A stretch of DNA of 63,158 bases, the filler included, from Hausera hauseri (taxonomy: Eukaryota): NCBI GenBank assembly GCA_046269625.1. It is 11 parts of 11 records of this genome, joined end to end, with 100 filler letters (N's around TTAATTAATTAA, not from the genome) between each part and the next. Parts side by side here need not be neighbours in the genome. Positions count along the whole stretch, not along the records: positions 23,428 to 27,916 come from JBJURY010556785.1; positions 28,017 to 33,409 come from JBJURY010263620.1; positions 33,510 to 42,074 come from JBJURY010598777.1; 8 more parts are not named here. The stretch is one strand, 5' to 3'. A program made the position numbers and the translations under genes. Numbering within the stretch: position 1 is the stretch's first letter; every line of letters starts with the position of its first letter. The notes beneath the pieces were generated by a model, which was not told the origin of the DNA, searched no databases, and saw only the letters and a program-made list of their open reading frames with translations. Shown here one piece after another: positions 23,511-37,335 of this stretch.

Positions 23511-24219
23511 ACTCTTCATTATCGTAAGACCATAGCATGCGACAAAATTCGTTCTAACAGAATCCCTCCTGAAGTCCGCAATTCGCAGCCAGCATTTCGC
23601 GGTGGTCCACTGCTATGCTTGAAATTTTGAGATAAAAAAGACGTTTTCATGCTAACAACAGAACACAATGAAACCATGCAAGATGTTCCTCGTAGAAAAA
23701 GGGAGTCTATCCACGACACTTGTTCGTCTGAAGCTACAGTGCATCAATGAATACAACATCAATATTGGTGCTGTCGATAGGCATGACCAGTTACTTGAAC
23801 CATATTCAGTAGCAAGAAAAACTGAAGTGATATAAGAAATTGTCTGGAGGTACACAAACATCTTTGCAGCTTCAGCATGACGTTATAGCAGATTATATTA
23901 TCACTGACGAACAAGTACGTTACGACAGAGTAGAATCGGTCATTAGACTTACTGAGCGTCACTTTCCATCCAAACTTGAGCCAAGTGCGACTTGGAGTAA
24001 GTCGCAAGCCCATTGTAGAATATGCAGTAAAAGTAGTCAACGTAAAAATGTGAAAACTTATTGTTCAAACTGTCCTAGCAAGCCAGGACTTTTTGCAACT
24101 CGTTTTAATAAATAATAATCATTAACATTTTGATACGTTTTGACTCTTAGTATTTCTAAAATTTTCTAAATTCCCGCCGATGTGCCAAATATTTAGCGTA
24201 TTGTCAGTCAAAGAATTAA
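23510..24219 (+). mobile_element. piggyBac transposase 3' remnant with terminus and TTAA
   Basis: DKKDVFMLTTEH, EYNINIGAVDRHDQ, RLTERHFP, CRIC..TYCSNCPSKPGL. Ends CAGTCAAAGAA-TTAA (TTAA at 24216-24219). Confidence 0.88.
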
Positions 24220-24540
24220 TTTATGGGCTTGATGAATATAAAAATCGTTGGATTCGAGCAGCAAAAGACTTGGGTGCTGAGTTTACGAACTTAACTGCTG
24301 ACATTTCACTCTCCACAGGATGGAATTTCGGGAATTGTTGAATAATATACGAGAAAAATATCCATTATTCGGGTGAATTCTCACTGATTTCGACGTCTGG
24401 GAACCCAGTTGGGATCAGAGAATGGAATACATTTAATACTCTAACTGATGTTTTTTCGACTGCGAATAGTATTATTGTTAGTAATGCACATCGATGGCCA
24501 ATATTAATCAATCTACAAGGTCCAGAAAATAAATATACGT
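24216..24540 (+). pseudogene. Axonemal dynein heavy chain fragment (stalk/AAA5 region)
   Basis: LIYGLDEYKNRW..NLTADISLSTG..FSLISTSGNPVGIREWN..NSIIVSNAHRWPILINLQG resembles the DNAH pattern LGDPV.IR.W..RWPLMIDPQGQ. Contains a deletion and a stop. Confidence 0.8.
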
Positions 24541-24559
24541 CAGAATTTTACTTCAAACT

Positions 24560-26060
24560 AATTGGTCCATAGATGAGGTCGAAACGTTTGCTGGTTACTT
24601 ACACTTTGAATATCTGTAACTAAAGCTTTTTTCAAACTGTAACCAGTGGTGTAGCCCGCTGAAGGTGAATAAAACCTACAAACCCCGAACATTACGTCAC
24701 CTTATTCAAACGATACACACCACACATTCAGCAAGTTCATTTCTTGCACGCCACACAGAACGCAAAAACAAGGTAAAGTTTCGGACAGTACATTGTTAAT
24801 GCGCGTAGTGATTTGAGCTCATTAATTAGTAAAACATCAATGAGGTCATAAAATTGGAAGTAAATCATAAACTGGCAAATGACATCCAGAAAGTCCTCAC
24901 AGAAAATTTTCAATCAACATTCAATTTCTAATACTTTATTATATTAAATTCTAGAAAAATTTAAGTACTCATTGAAATTCAATTTATAACAATCATGTCA
25001 AATTACAAACCTTAAAAAGAAGCCCGTCAACAAATTCCATGGTTTCTCTCATTGCATTTACACTATGTGACTCACTAAAATACGGTAATTGTACAAACAT
25101 CTGGTACAATGGAGGAACATCCAACAACCGTTTTCGAATATGCAACGGTAAATCGGTAAAACTATTTTTGTTAAGTCGTTTCTTAAATTCAATTTCTTCA
25201 AGGATATCGTGATATAGCGTTTTATTTTCATCAGCTGTCGTCTTCAACAACTAATTGAAATATATGAAGTAATTATTGTACATAAAGTTACTTTTAATCT
25301 AGGAATGTTAAGATAATTCATGGATAAAATTGGTGTCTGTTCAGAAAATGTCGTTTGAAAACAATTGTTTAAATGTTCGTACTCTTCTAATAGCTCAGCG
25401 GTAATAACCGGCCTAATGACAGTCAAAAATATTCATTAATATAGGAAGTACTTTTCAATATTATGACTATCACACAGACTTTTCTGAATATTTAAATCTA
25501 ATTTTTCGATCAACTCTGAATAGCTTCTCAGCTGTTCTGCTTGAAACACCGATTCAGTGACATAAACATCATAATTTAATATTTTATCAATGTTGTTAAA
25601 AAACATCTAGAGAACAACTTGTTCTGAACAATGACAAAATCAAATTACAAATCGAATTAGCGCCTAATATTAATATTAAAACAAAGATTTGGAGTTAAAT
25701 GTTGATTTTTTTAATACATGTTTAATGTCAATATTGAATAATAACTCCTTCTGGTATTTCAGAATGACTTTTTCGGAGAATTTAAGCAGCGTCCGTTTGG
25801 AAGTGTAATACAAAATACTGGAATTATTTAATTCGGTACAAAGATTATAGCCATATTCGATGAATATTTACAGTTGTCTATAACCATTGATTGGTTAATT
25901 TCTGTAAGCCTGAAAATGTGAAATAAACCTCGAGCATCATCTTTAATAGGAACAAGAAATTGATTGATGTTAATGAGATAAACATTTAATTGCTGTGACA
26001 AGGGTAAATGATTGCAAGGGGTGAAATTATATAAGTCATTAATTAAACAATGTCTGATCA
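24560..26060 (-). pseudogene. Decayed host-gene fragment, possibly UBR-family E3 ligase C-terminal region
   Basis: Several broken coding-like frames. PCFCVLCG..GVC..GYTTG only weakly recalls the UBR C-terminal Cys-rich region. Confidence 0.25.
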
Positions 26061-26204
26061 CCTAGTTACAATAAAGAAATTGCTTAAAAGTAATTAATTT
26101 ACAAAGCCTATTTACCCATTGAATTATGAAATTTTAAATCTACATAGCCGTCACACAAATTAAGCACACCTTTCATTTCAATCTAGTATAAAAAGTTTTG
26201 CATC

Positions 26205-26837
26205 ATGCAACAAAATTTTTCACGTTTTACAAAAGCACTTCATTTGCATAATTTTGACATTTTTCGAAGGTTTTTCGTTGAGGTGAAAGTGTTCAATGCC
26301 CTGAAGGATAATTATATGTATCTATTAATTGATAAATCGACGAAGGTTTACTTTTTCTTGACCTCATTTTTAACGGTTACATAGTCATGTGCAGCAGTTG
26401 ATCCGGTCGAGCCAGATGAAATCGTTGAGGAAATCACCAAAACGAATCTCAAATTAACTCATATTCTAACGACTCATCATCATGATGATCATGCCGGTGG
26501 AAACAAACTACTTCTTTCTCATTTTCCACTACAGTCAATTGCCGTTGTTGGTTTCGATGATCGAATTGACGGATTGACGTACAAAGTTAAAGTTAATGAA
26601 AAGTTAAAAGTCGGAAACACTTCTATAAAATGTTTATTCACGCCATGTCACACATCCGGTCATGCGTGTTATTTCGTTGAAGACGAACCTGACAATTTCA
26701 TTCTGTTTTCCGGTGATACGGTTTTCGTTGCCGGTTGTGTGAAGTTTTTCGAAGGTACTGCCAAAGACATGCACAAAAATTTACAAAATATCAAAAAATT
26801 ACCGTTGTCAACGAAAATTTATTGCGGACATACCTAA
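26205..26837 (+). pseudogene. HAGH: Glyoxalase II (hydroxyacylglutathione hydrolase), 3'-truncated copy with one 39-nt intron (26346-26384)
   Basis: DNYMYLLID|..AVDPVEP..ILTTHHHDDHAGGN..TPCHTSGH..FSGDTVFVAGC.KFFEG..YCGH then a stop. C-terminal helical domain absent. Arg/Phe-rich N-terminus suggests a mitochondrial presequence; TATAAAA upstream. Confidence 0.9.
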
Positions 26838-28016
26838 GAGATATGTTTAGTTGCAATATAACTATTGTCTGAATTGTTTGTTTTTAAATAATTGTCGAAC
26901 CATGGCATATTATATGCTGAAAATAATAAATGCCTTTTTGTTAATACATATTTTTGATTCGATCGGCCATGTTGTATAAGGTGATTATTAATTCTCGCCT
27001 GAAAGCTCATGCTTAATTTTTTCTGAACTGACATACTATTAACCAGTTAACGGAGAATAGATTAAGGAAAATACGGTGGTAAATACAGTAATTTAATTTT
27101 TTGGCGAGAAAAATTCCAAAATCTCACTTACGGAATGCGCAATTGTCCTTGATAAGTAGAGTATTTGGATTAAATAGACATGTCTTGACATAATATTTTA
27201 AGAATTCTAAGAAAATGTGTTGTATCCAGTTTGAAAATGTGAAATTCTGGATTTTGTTTTCAGAAATGACACAACACCTGGATAGATTGCATCCATGGAT
27301 TACTGACTTATATGTTACAGCGGGACAATTACCACTTAACCAGCCATATCCAGTGTCATTGTTAATTTTCAATAAAATTTAATACAGTAATAAACTTGTG
27401 AAGGATGGAAACTTTGGACACATTAGTGATTTTCTATTATGGTATATTTCATTAATTCTATCAGGCCCTTAATGACAACTTCTATAGTATATTGGGATCC
27501 AAATATGCTGTTAGTATTTCAAAATGAATTTATAAGGAATAGTTTTCAAATCAACTAAATTGAAAAAAATATATTGCTCGACTTGATTTGTCAACTTGTT
27601 GGTAATAAATGATTATTGAATTGTATGAATAAAATTTTTAAATATTGTCTTGTAGTGCTTTGAATATCGCCTTAAAAATATAATTTTTTAAATGTTTATC
27701 GCTTACACCTAACGAGGAATTTCAGTAAAATTTTGTTAGGTTTTCTTGAATTTATCAAGTATAATTTGGATGTAATACTGATAAATATGAGCACTCTGTG
27801 AGAAGAAAATGTAAAATATGGACAGATTGTATGAAATACAATTTATTCATGGAAGAAAGCCTATAAGGCATGGGAGTATGGATCAATACATGAAGATGAT
27901 GGAAACCAGAAGAAAANNNNNNNNNNNNNNNNNNNNNNNNNNNNNNNNNNNNNNNNNNNNTTAATTAATTAANNNNNNNNNNNNNNNNNNNNNNNNNNNN
28001 NNNNNNNNNNNNNNNN

Positions 28017-28857
28017 ACCCGGAACTGTTGTTTCACTGATACCGGTGGAAACTAACGATAGAAATTCTAAGTTTTTCACATTTTCAGTATCATTTTCAAA
28101 TATATTTTCAATGGGATTTTTGGCTAAAGATAAACGAACAAGATTTTTATTAATCGCCGAATTAAACTTCGGAAATTTTTTCAATATACAATTTTCAAGT
28201 CCGATAGTTTTCGGACTAAAATTCTGGAGACTTTCCGATTCCAATTGTTGAAGAATAGTTGTCGAATTTTGCAATCCTATTATATTGAAAGTAGCCAAAC
28301 TTCGAATATTAACGAATGTATCTTGCGAAATGGAACTTAATTTAGAACTTTTGATCGTTAATGAATCTAATGAAATGAGTGGTGTTAGCATACCGGATGT
28401 CAGTTGATGAATATTCAAATTACTAAGCTTTAAATCTTTCAAATTATTCATATTTTTGAAAACGTTGTCAAGTATAATAATGTGCTGAGTGGAATCTGCA
28501 AGACTGATGATTTCCATCGATAAAATATGTGTGCAACCTTGAAATGCTTTTGCATCTATGGATTTTACCACCATTGTTGATTGAATTTTGACATTCTGTA
28601 TATTGGTTGTAGCTCTAATAAAATATGGTGAAATTTCTGCTATAGGATAATTCAAAAGTTCTAATGTAAAAATACGTCCATTATTTGAAGCGGTAACTTG
28701 TATGCTTTTATAAATATCTGCGCTGGTCATCAACGAAGCGTTGCATGTTATTGTGAATTTTGAAAACATACAAGGAGAAAATGAGTTATTCTCGTTTATT
28801 TCTAGATAATCCGCCAAAGTCAAATATCTCATTGCAGTTATTAAAAGAATTGATACC
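28017..28857 (-). CDS. Extracellular-type leucine-rich repeat protein, partial (runs off the contig)
   Basis: Repeated LxxLxLxxNxI..F motifs (LKDLKLSNLNI, LVRLSLAKNPI), N-cap Cys pair, splice acceptor TTTTAG near 28857. Confidence 0.8.
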
Positions 28858-29659
28858 TAAAGTTAAATTTAAATAAAATATAGTCAATCAAAAAGTCATT
28901 TAATTAGTAATAGAAGTAAGTTAATCCAAATGTTTCTCTGCTGTTACCGAAAGCAAGGAGTATAATCTTGAATAAATTAGAGTACCATGTAATTTGAATT
29001 AATTTATTGTAAATATTTCTTAATGTAAATTTAATTAAATTCAGGAAGTAGTAGTTTTAAATTAAGGTTCCTCCAATGAATATATAATGGTATATTTTAT
29101 AGACGGATAATTTTCATTGAAATCACAATTTCGATATACATCACCTGGTGTCTTCGAGTATACCACAATATGGAAATTACCATTTCGTCAAACCAATACG
29201 AAAAATACGACAACGCAGATTTTGATGAAATTCTGTATAGGAAGGTAATGGTGAATTCAAATATGCAAATTATTTTTACTCTTAATAGGAAATTTCTGAG
29301 TTATGGATGTCAATTTTTATAGTTGGTACTATTGGCATAAGTTATATCCCGATTGGAAACCAAAAAATACACAAGATTATGATGTTTTATTTAATGAATA
29401 TTGGCTAACCGACTAAGGATCGTTTTTCAAAACATCAAAAAATAAGACGAATTTTGTCATTTGGAATTCGCTCTGGGATCACAATTTTCTATTAAAATTG
29501 TTAAAACCGTATACTTTTTGCTTATGTACACTAATAAGTAATTTAAACAAAGATACATTCTTTATCATAAGTAATAGGTATATTTACCGAAAAGTTCTCA
29601 AAATAAATTAAACAATAATGAAAAGAAAAATCGAAATTGTACTTACATTTTTTCGCAGT

Positions 29660-30330
29660 TAGTAAAAAGCAGGAATATAATATATGTAATACGTAATATT
29701 TAGGTAATATGTGAAAAATACGAGTAATATATCCAAAATATAGCCAACATATAAGTAATAAAGGTAATATGCAAGAAATATATGGGTAATATATGGGTCA
29801 AATATAGGTAATATGTAAGTGAAGTATGGAATGCATATGTAATATGGGTAAAATATCGGTAACATATATGTAGGTAATATATGTAATGTGCGGGGTAATG
29901 TAGGTGTGCATATATGTAATATGTTAGTAATTCAGGTAAACAGGTGTATATATGTAATATGTTGGTAATATAGGTAATTTTATGTAATATGCAGGTAAAA
30001 TATAGGTACATATATGTAATATAGGAAAAATATAGGTATATATGTATAATATACGGTAAAATATTGGCAATACATAATACATGGGGTAATGTACGTAAAT
30101 TTTAGGTACATATATAATATTCAGGTAATACATATATGTAACATCGGTAATATGTTGGAAATACAGGTAAAATATTAACATTGTATGTTATATGTGGGTA
30201 ATTTTAGATGATATATGAATAAGAGCAATATACATGTAATATAAGTAAAAATAGGTAATATAGGGAATGTTAATACAAGTAATATAGGAAATGTATATAA
30301 AATATATTGGCAAAATATATGTAGTGTTGG
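29660..30330. repeat. Degenerate AT-rich minisatellite
   Basis: Recurrent GTAATATATG and GGTAAAATATAGG units. Confidence 0.85.
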
Positions 30331-31239
30331 GAATATTGTTCAATCTACACTAATCCCACGTGGGAGAGACTATAATAATATACTTAATGTGGATTAATGG
30401 ATGAACAAGATTTTCGGGAGGGTAACAGAATTCTGAACCTTACCTAAGGCTATCCTATGTCTGTGTGTCGGGGTATAGTGGGCTGCGGGCCTGAAAATAA
30501 TCTTTACTTACTACTGTTGTAATTAGCTCTACTTTACTTTTGGTTTAGACGGGCTGCCGTCAGGTAGGTTCGACCTGGACGGCTGGTTCCAACGATTATT
30601 TAGACTTACTTAGTTACTTATTACGGAGCAAGAGCAAATAAATACAACGAATATAATATTCAAAAAGAAACCAAATAATATAAATGATAACAATCTCATA
30701 AAACTTACAGAATACTGCACAACACAGATGATGATCAATCAGAAGTAATATACCGTGTATAACAATCGACGATCAATTTCTTTATAAAAATCTTTACAAG
30801 CTACCAAGTATTTATACTTGGTTAATCAAACCATTTTCCATATTATAATTCATAGCAACAGTTTATTAAATGTTATATTAGTGTCAATAATTCATATAGC
30901 ACAAAACAATAATGTTGAAATATCACTGGAAACATGAATTAATCAGGGCTCAGCAACCATGCCCTTGATTTAAATGGAAATAATATTCTTAAATGTAAAT
31001 TATACATTCATGGTTGTCAAGTCAGTAAAATAAAATAATTTTGCCAATTTATATTCATAAACAATTATAAACGAAGATTAATCAAGTTATGAATGCCAGT
31101 AATATCATCAATTTGTCGACCTAATAAATATCCATTTAATATTTGACTAATTGTGTTTTGTCGATCTAATAAATATACATATAACATTTGACTAATTGTG
31201 GTGTGTTGATGTTTTGTAGACTTAATTAACATCCATCTA

Positions 31240-31860
31240 AACAAAAAAATTTTTGGCGCGAAATTCAAAATTTTACATCTACCGAAAATCCATGCAGTAC
31301 ATGTGCTTGTGTGTATCCACTTTGTGGCTGTGTGTCTCCTATCTCCGCCCTATTAACCGTGTATGTGTTTATCATTTTTCTACCCATGACTCATCCGCGA
31401 ACCATATTTTCTTCTTCCCGGGGGGTCTTTGAGATAGGAAATTTATATTGGGGCAGTGCACTCCCTTCTATCTACTGACGTAGTAAACAAGTTCTGCATT
31501 CCATGTAATCCTTGATGGATTTCTTGTTTCAACTTAATCACTGCTGAATAAACAGTCATTTTTGATTGAGATGAAGCCAAGATATTTGAACTAGTTGGTT
31601 GAGACATTTTCACAAGTGACACTTTCACACTAATATTTATAGCAAAATTAAAACAAAATATACCAATATTTAAAGAAAAAATTTGACGCGAAATTCAAAA
31701 TTTTAAGTCCATCTACAATCCATGCAGTATACGTGCTTGTGTTTATCATTTTTATAACTGTGTCTCCTATCTCCACCATATTAATCGTGCGTATATGTAT
31801 CATTTTTTCTACCCCATGACTCATCCGCGAACCACATCGATTTTTCTCCGCGGAAGGGTT
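31240..31860. repeat. Diverged ~190-bp direct repeat pair (about 31240-31425 and 31675-31860)
   Basis: Shared GCGAAATTCAAAATTTTA..ATCCATGCAGTA..TGTGTCTCCTATCTCC..CCATGACTCATCCGCGAACCA. Confidence 0.85.
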
Positions 31861-32342
31861 TGGTACCATGTGCTTCTTTCCCTCTACTACGAGGGAATAT
31901 GCTATTGTGAATTAAAACAATACGTTTTAAATTGACAGAACATCATAAAAACAAATCGAAAAATAAGAAATCATTAGCAAGAAAAAAGGAACGAAAATTT
32001 TCTCAAAGTTCAAAGTTCCTACACGTAGTGGGGGAGATTTGAACATGTGCAAAATGATGTTGCATTTAAAGGGTCCAAATGAGTTATTTTGGCATTCTGG
32101 GCAAAAATCTTTTTCATATTATTAATTAGCATTATATTTTGTACGTTTCTCAGACTGTTTGATATAAAAAACGAAGATTTACAGTATAAATCGTTTTTGT
32201 AAGTGATTATCTAGTGGCTATTTAACTAAATATTGATTGTGATCAGGATGGAAAACAAACGAACAAACTGAAATTAACCTTCTTTTATACTACTGTGCAT
32301 TAACTATTCCTATTAACCGCAGAAGTTGCAATATTACCAAGA

Positions 32343-32934
32343 AACAGCACCTTACTTCTAGTCGGAATTTTACAAGTTCTACAGGTTCGACAAGTACAAA
32401 ATCTCTCGATTAATAATATGAATTTTTTTGCAAAAAAGCTAAGATTATGCAATACGGACTTCTATATGGTACGTTATTTTGCACTTCTTTAATTTTCCCT
32501 CTGACATGGAAAGAAATTTTGAAATTTCACAACATTTTCGTTACTTTTTTCTACCAATATTTTACTAAGGCCGAATTTCCAGTTTGTCGTTTATGTTATA
32601 TCAAAATACAATGTATTCGTCTAATTATCAGTTATATCACTAATATTTATTCTCTTTGTGTAAATATTACCATTCCACATGAACAATGACATTTTATGAA
32701 CCAAACATCAAGAAAACATAATTAGTAAAATATTTGTAGTTGAGAAAAGGCAGAAAATTAGTAAACACAAAATTCTTCTGTATGTTAGGGGAAAATTAAA
32801 GAAGTGCGAAGTGACGTAACATTATTAGCTTTTGTTTACTAATTTTTTTTTCATATTATTAATCAACATAAAATTTTGTACTTGTAAAACCTATAGACTT
32901 AGTAAAACTCCGATTAGCAGTAAGGTGCTGTTCC
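32343..32934. mobile_element. MITE/foldback element with ~230-bp imperfect terminal inverted repeats
   Basis: AACAGCACCTTACT pairs with AGTAAGGTGCTGTT; GCACTTCTTTAATTTTCCC pairs with GGGAAAATTAAAGAAGTGC. Confidence 0.8.
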
Positions 32935-34460
32935 GCGTCAATATGCATTAATAGTTCATCGATTTGGATATTACCAACAGATATTAAAAATAATAAAACA
33001 GTAATTAGCAGTCATTTATCAATATTGTCATTTTAATTACGCATAAATGTTAAGCGATTGACATTTAAAACTTTGCAACGTGAATTGTGGTAACAATATT
33101 CAGTTGGTATTTTGATAGCTGGTATGTGTAAATTTATGCTTGCTACTTTATTGCGGATTTGTAATATTTTTTGTTGACTTTGACCCTGCAGATAATTAAT
33201 TATAGAGCTAATAGAAAATATAAACATAAATTTTATAAAAAGTAGTGAAACATAAGTTTGTTGCCTTACATAGATTAAAGTATAAACTACCATAGCAATC
33301 TGTCGTACGACATACATACACTGGCGTCGTGTTGAACATCAACTAACTGCTAATCATATTCTAAATCAACTATACAGCGATTTACTATTTGCACGCAACT
33401 CCGCTCCTGNNNNNNNNNNNNNNNNNNNNNNNNNNNNNNNNNNNNNNNNNNNNTTAATTAATTAANNNNNNNNNNNNNNNNNNNNNNNNNNNNNNNNNNN
33501 NNNNNNNNNTGTATACAAGTCTATTACAAGCTCTTTGCCAGGATCTTCAAGCGGGAGACAATGCTCATCTTGTTCACACTGAGATACGTTAGTTATCTAA
33601 AGGAAACGATACGGCCGGTTGTATAAGTGGAAGTAGGAAGAGCTGATTTTTCTCATAAACTCTACAATGCTTTCACTAACGACACGGTTTTTTCTGGGAG
33701 GCCGAGACCGAGATACGAAACGATCTTAATCAGGCTCAGGAGTAACTCACTGGTCAAGACCTTTCAGCTCTACCACGCAGTACGTTCTGGCAACAGAGGA
33801 AATTCTGGCTAATGCTGGGAGGATCGCCACAGACCTCATGCAGCAGTGGAGCCGTGATAATAACTGTACAGCCAACACCATGGCCCCGGTACGAAAGTAA
33901 AGCTTTGTGAATCCCCGTGATAGTGGGACGCTTGATCTTATATGAGGACCGGGATGCCTGAAAGCAATCGCAACGACGTGTTGATCTCAACTTGGAGATT
34001 GCGTCAATTGCACACGTACAGAAAGATGAAGGTCAAACCTACTACCACGATTTTCCACTCCCATTGACAGAAACAACAACAACAACAAACATCTGCTTCG
34101 TCCTTGGTTTGTGGGACCGATTTTTTTTGGTGTGAAGTTGTGAAAGACTTACTTGAAGCGTCAGGCAGAAATGTCAATGTTATTTTGCTTTACGATGCCT
34201 TTGAACGTTTCTGGAGAAAAGACTGTTATGTAACGGACAACTTGTATCCAACAACTTTTTATCCTTTCCTCCCCTTAGCCAACTATTGGATGAAAAGACT
34301 TGAAGTCAAAGTGAACTCTAGGATAAAATGCAGTCACATTTGGAGTCTCTCGTAGAACCATTCAGTCCTTACGTTATGGTTGTTCATCTAATGGCTCATT
34401 CTTGATGTTAAGAGAAATCTATTTCTTGTTGTTTTGGTGTGTTTAAGAATAAGCCATGAA

Positions 34461-34778
34461 GCGTATGTGGTCTCGAAGTAGGACGTACACCTAGTGTGCT
34501 AGAGGTACGGGGTTCGGCTCCCGGTGGAAGCACGGGATTTTTTTCTCCTCGATCCCTTAGTAAAAAATTCCCCTGATCTCTGGGTAGTGAGATCGGACGT
34601 CCGTGTACATTGTCGTGCACGTTAAAAATCCATTGGCAGTTGAAAATCGAAAAAGAGTAGGCCTAACGGCCGCTGTCCAAACAAAAATTATATGTAAAAT
34701 CTACCCCCGATGGCAGAAATATACATTGGCAATACTGTCTATTTCTCAGCCCTGGTTAAAGATCTTATCTTATCTTAT
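34461..34778 (+). mobile_element. tRNA-derived SINE with Meta-SINE-like core and (TCTTA)n tail
   Basis: A/B-box-like GTGGTC..GGTTCGGCTCCC and core CCGTGTACATTGTCGTGCACGTTAAAAATCC. A second copy lies inverted at 36085-36325. Confidence 0.75.
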
Positions 34779-34900
34779 ATAAATGACATTACAGAAAAAT
34801 CCCCTGGCAGCTCACATGTACGCAGATGACTTGGTCATCTGGACCTCAGAAGTAAACCACACCGTATGAAGCAATCGAATGCAACAAACTTTAACTTCAG
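34778..34900 (+). mobile_element. Non-LTR RT fragment
   Basis: YINDI..YADDLVIWTSE with a frameshift. Confidence 0.65.
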
Positions 34901-35044
34901 TAGCAAACCTTAAACACATACATAACATAATGAAAGACCTGTAGACTTTGCCCCTGTATGTTAGTTTAATACTGAGCACTGCGATAGTAGAAATGGTTAC
35001 TTAAATCTGGCTGTTAGAGACAGCCGTCGGTCGATTCTTTGGGA

Positions 35045-37335
35045 TCATGGCCAGTTAATTTTCATGTCAGCATCTTTCATTTTGACTTCCATTCATGTCG
35101 GTATGATTTCACATCGATAAGATTTATATCGGCATCTTTTCACGCTGGCAAGTTTTATGTTGACAACCTTCATGTTGACATCTTTCATGTTGACAACTTT
35201 CATGTCGACAATTTTAAGATCGGCAACTTTGTTATGTCGTCAACTTTGTTATGTTGGCGACTTCTCCTCATGTCGACAACTTTCTTGTCAACAACTTTAA
35301 TGTTGACAAGTTTCTATGTTGGCGGCTTTTCATATTGGTATTTTTTTCAATTCGGTGATTTTGGCAGGATGTAACTTTCATGTTGATACCTTTTCATGTT
35401 AGAATTTTTCAAGTCGGCAACGTTCATTCGACAATGTTTGTGTCGTCATGTTTCATGTCAGCGACTTTGTCATGTCGGCAACTTTTTATGTTGGTGAATT
35501 GTCATGACGACAATTTTAATGTCGGTGAATTGCATATCGTAAATGCTTTAGCACAAGGCTTTCTGTCGGGTAGGTTTCAACACAGAGGATAGTCATTTCT
35601 CTTTGCCGGCAGCCAAATCCGCACTATACGGTCATGAAGGCTGTTTTTTAACGACACCCAAACCCGTTCATTGTTGGCAATCAAAGACGTGCTCGACGAC
35701 CTGCTCGTTGTCGTCCTCGTCAACCACGCTTAGCGGTCGGGCAAGCCATACTTGCTGGCAATAAAAATATCTCCTCGATGGAATCAAACTCAGTTTGGTG
35801 TTGCTGTCGAAAGACGTGCTTGACAGCGCTTTCATTTGCTGGGCCCGCTGTCCATTAATGAGGGCCGAAGTCTGAAGACCTGTTTGACGGTACATTCAGT
35901 GTCAGAAATCAAAGACTGCTTGACAGCCGGGAAAACCACGCTTGCTGACAGTGAAAAGCCATTCATTTCTCGGTGTCATCTGCAGAAGTGCTTGATGACC
36001 ATGCAACTGTTCGTCCCCAATTGTAACACCTCTCGAGTTTTCCTGTACAACTGTCACTACAAGTCCAACTCTACCAAGATACATTAGATTAGATTAGATT
36101 AGATTAGAATAGAATAGATTAGATTAGATTAGATTAAATTAGATTAGATTAAATCCTTATTTAATCAGGGTTGAGCAATAGACAGTATTGCCTGTTTACA
36201 TTTCTGCCATGGGGGTAGATTTTTCCTAGAATTTTGCCCACATAGCGGCTGTTAGGTCTACTCTTTTTCGATTTCCAACTGACATGGGGTTTTTAACGTG
36301 CACGACAATGTACACGGACTGCCTATTTCTCATCTCTGGTTAAATAAGGATCTTATCTTATCTTATCTTATTTTTAGCAAGCGTGGTTTGCCCGGCTGTC
36401 AAGCAGTCTTTGATTTCCGACACTGAATGTACCATCACGCGGGTCTTCAGACTTCGACCCTCATTAATGGACAGTGGTATCAGGAAATGAAAGTGCTGTC
36501 AATCACGTCTTTGGACAGTGACACCGAACTGGGTTTGATTCCATCAAGGAGAAAATGAACGATTTTCATTGCCAGCAAATACTGCTTGCACGACCGTCAA
36601 GCGTAGTTGACAAGTACGACAACGAGCATGTTGTCGAGCACGTCTTCGATTGCTAACAACTAACGAGTTTGGCTGCCATTAACAAACGACATTCGTCACC
36701 GTATAGGAAACAACTATCCCTTTTGATTAAACCTACCCGACGGAAAGCCTTGTGCTAAAGCATTTACCGATATGAAAGTCGTCGACATGAAAGTTGTCGA
36801 CGTAAAAAGTCATCAACATAAAAAGTTGCTGACATGACAAGCCGCCGACATAAAAATTTACCGGCATTAAAGTTGTCGACCTGAAACTTGTCAAAACGAA
36901 AAGTTGCTGAAATGAAATGTCATTGACATTACTAAGTCGCCAACATGACGAAGTCGCCGACATGACAGTTGGCAACTCAAACGTTGTCGACATAAACGTT
37001 GCTGACTTGAAAAATCCTGACATGAAAAGATACCAATATGAAAAGTTAAAGACATGCCAAAGACATTGAATTGAAAAAAATTACAAATATGAAAAGCCAC
37101 CAAAATAGAAAACCTGTCAATATTAAAGTTGTTGACATGAAAGTTGTCGACATGAGGAGAAGTCTCCAACATAACGAAGTCAACGACATGACGACATTAA
37201 GGTTTTCGACATGAAAGATGTCAACATGAAGGCTGTCAACATAAAGCTTGCTGGCGTGAAACGGTGCCAACATAAAACTTACTGACGTGAAAAGAAGTCA
37301 AAATGAAAGTTACTGACACGAACATTTACCGGCCC
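35045..37335. repeat. Large inverted repeat: ~900-bp arms (about 35045-35950 and 36375-37335), each with a 15-bp minisatellite
   Basis: Unit TTTCATGTCGACAAC in the left arm and its reverse complement in the right. The unique parts also match, e.g. TCAAAGACTGCTTGACAGCCGGG versus CCCGGCTGTCAAGCAGTCTTTGA. Confidence 0.9.
36085..36325 (-). mobile_element. 5'-truncated inverted copy of the 34461 SINE with (TCTAA)n tail
   Basis: Reverse complement matches AAAAAGAGTAG, TCTACCCCC, GGCAATACTGTCTATT and GTGCACGTTAAAAA. Confidence 0.85.

Noticed and set aside
29659-30181. Tyr/Ile-rich ORFs
   Set aside because: Translations of an AT-rich minisatellite.
36085-36152. (TTAGA)n as a telomeric repeat
   Set aside because: It is the simple-repeat tail of an inverted SINE copy and is internal to the contig.
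35039-37273. Repetitive (D-N-F-H-V)n ORFs resembling pentapeptide-repeat proteins
   Set aside because: They come from the 15-bp minisatellite, and the frames break differently in the two arms.
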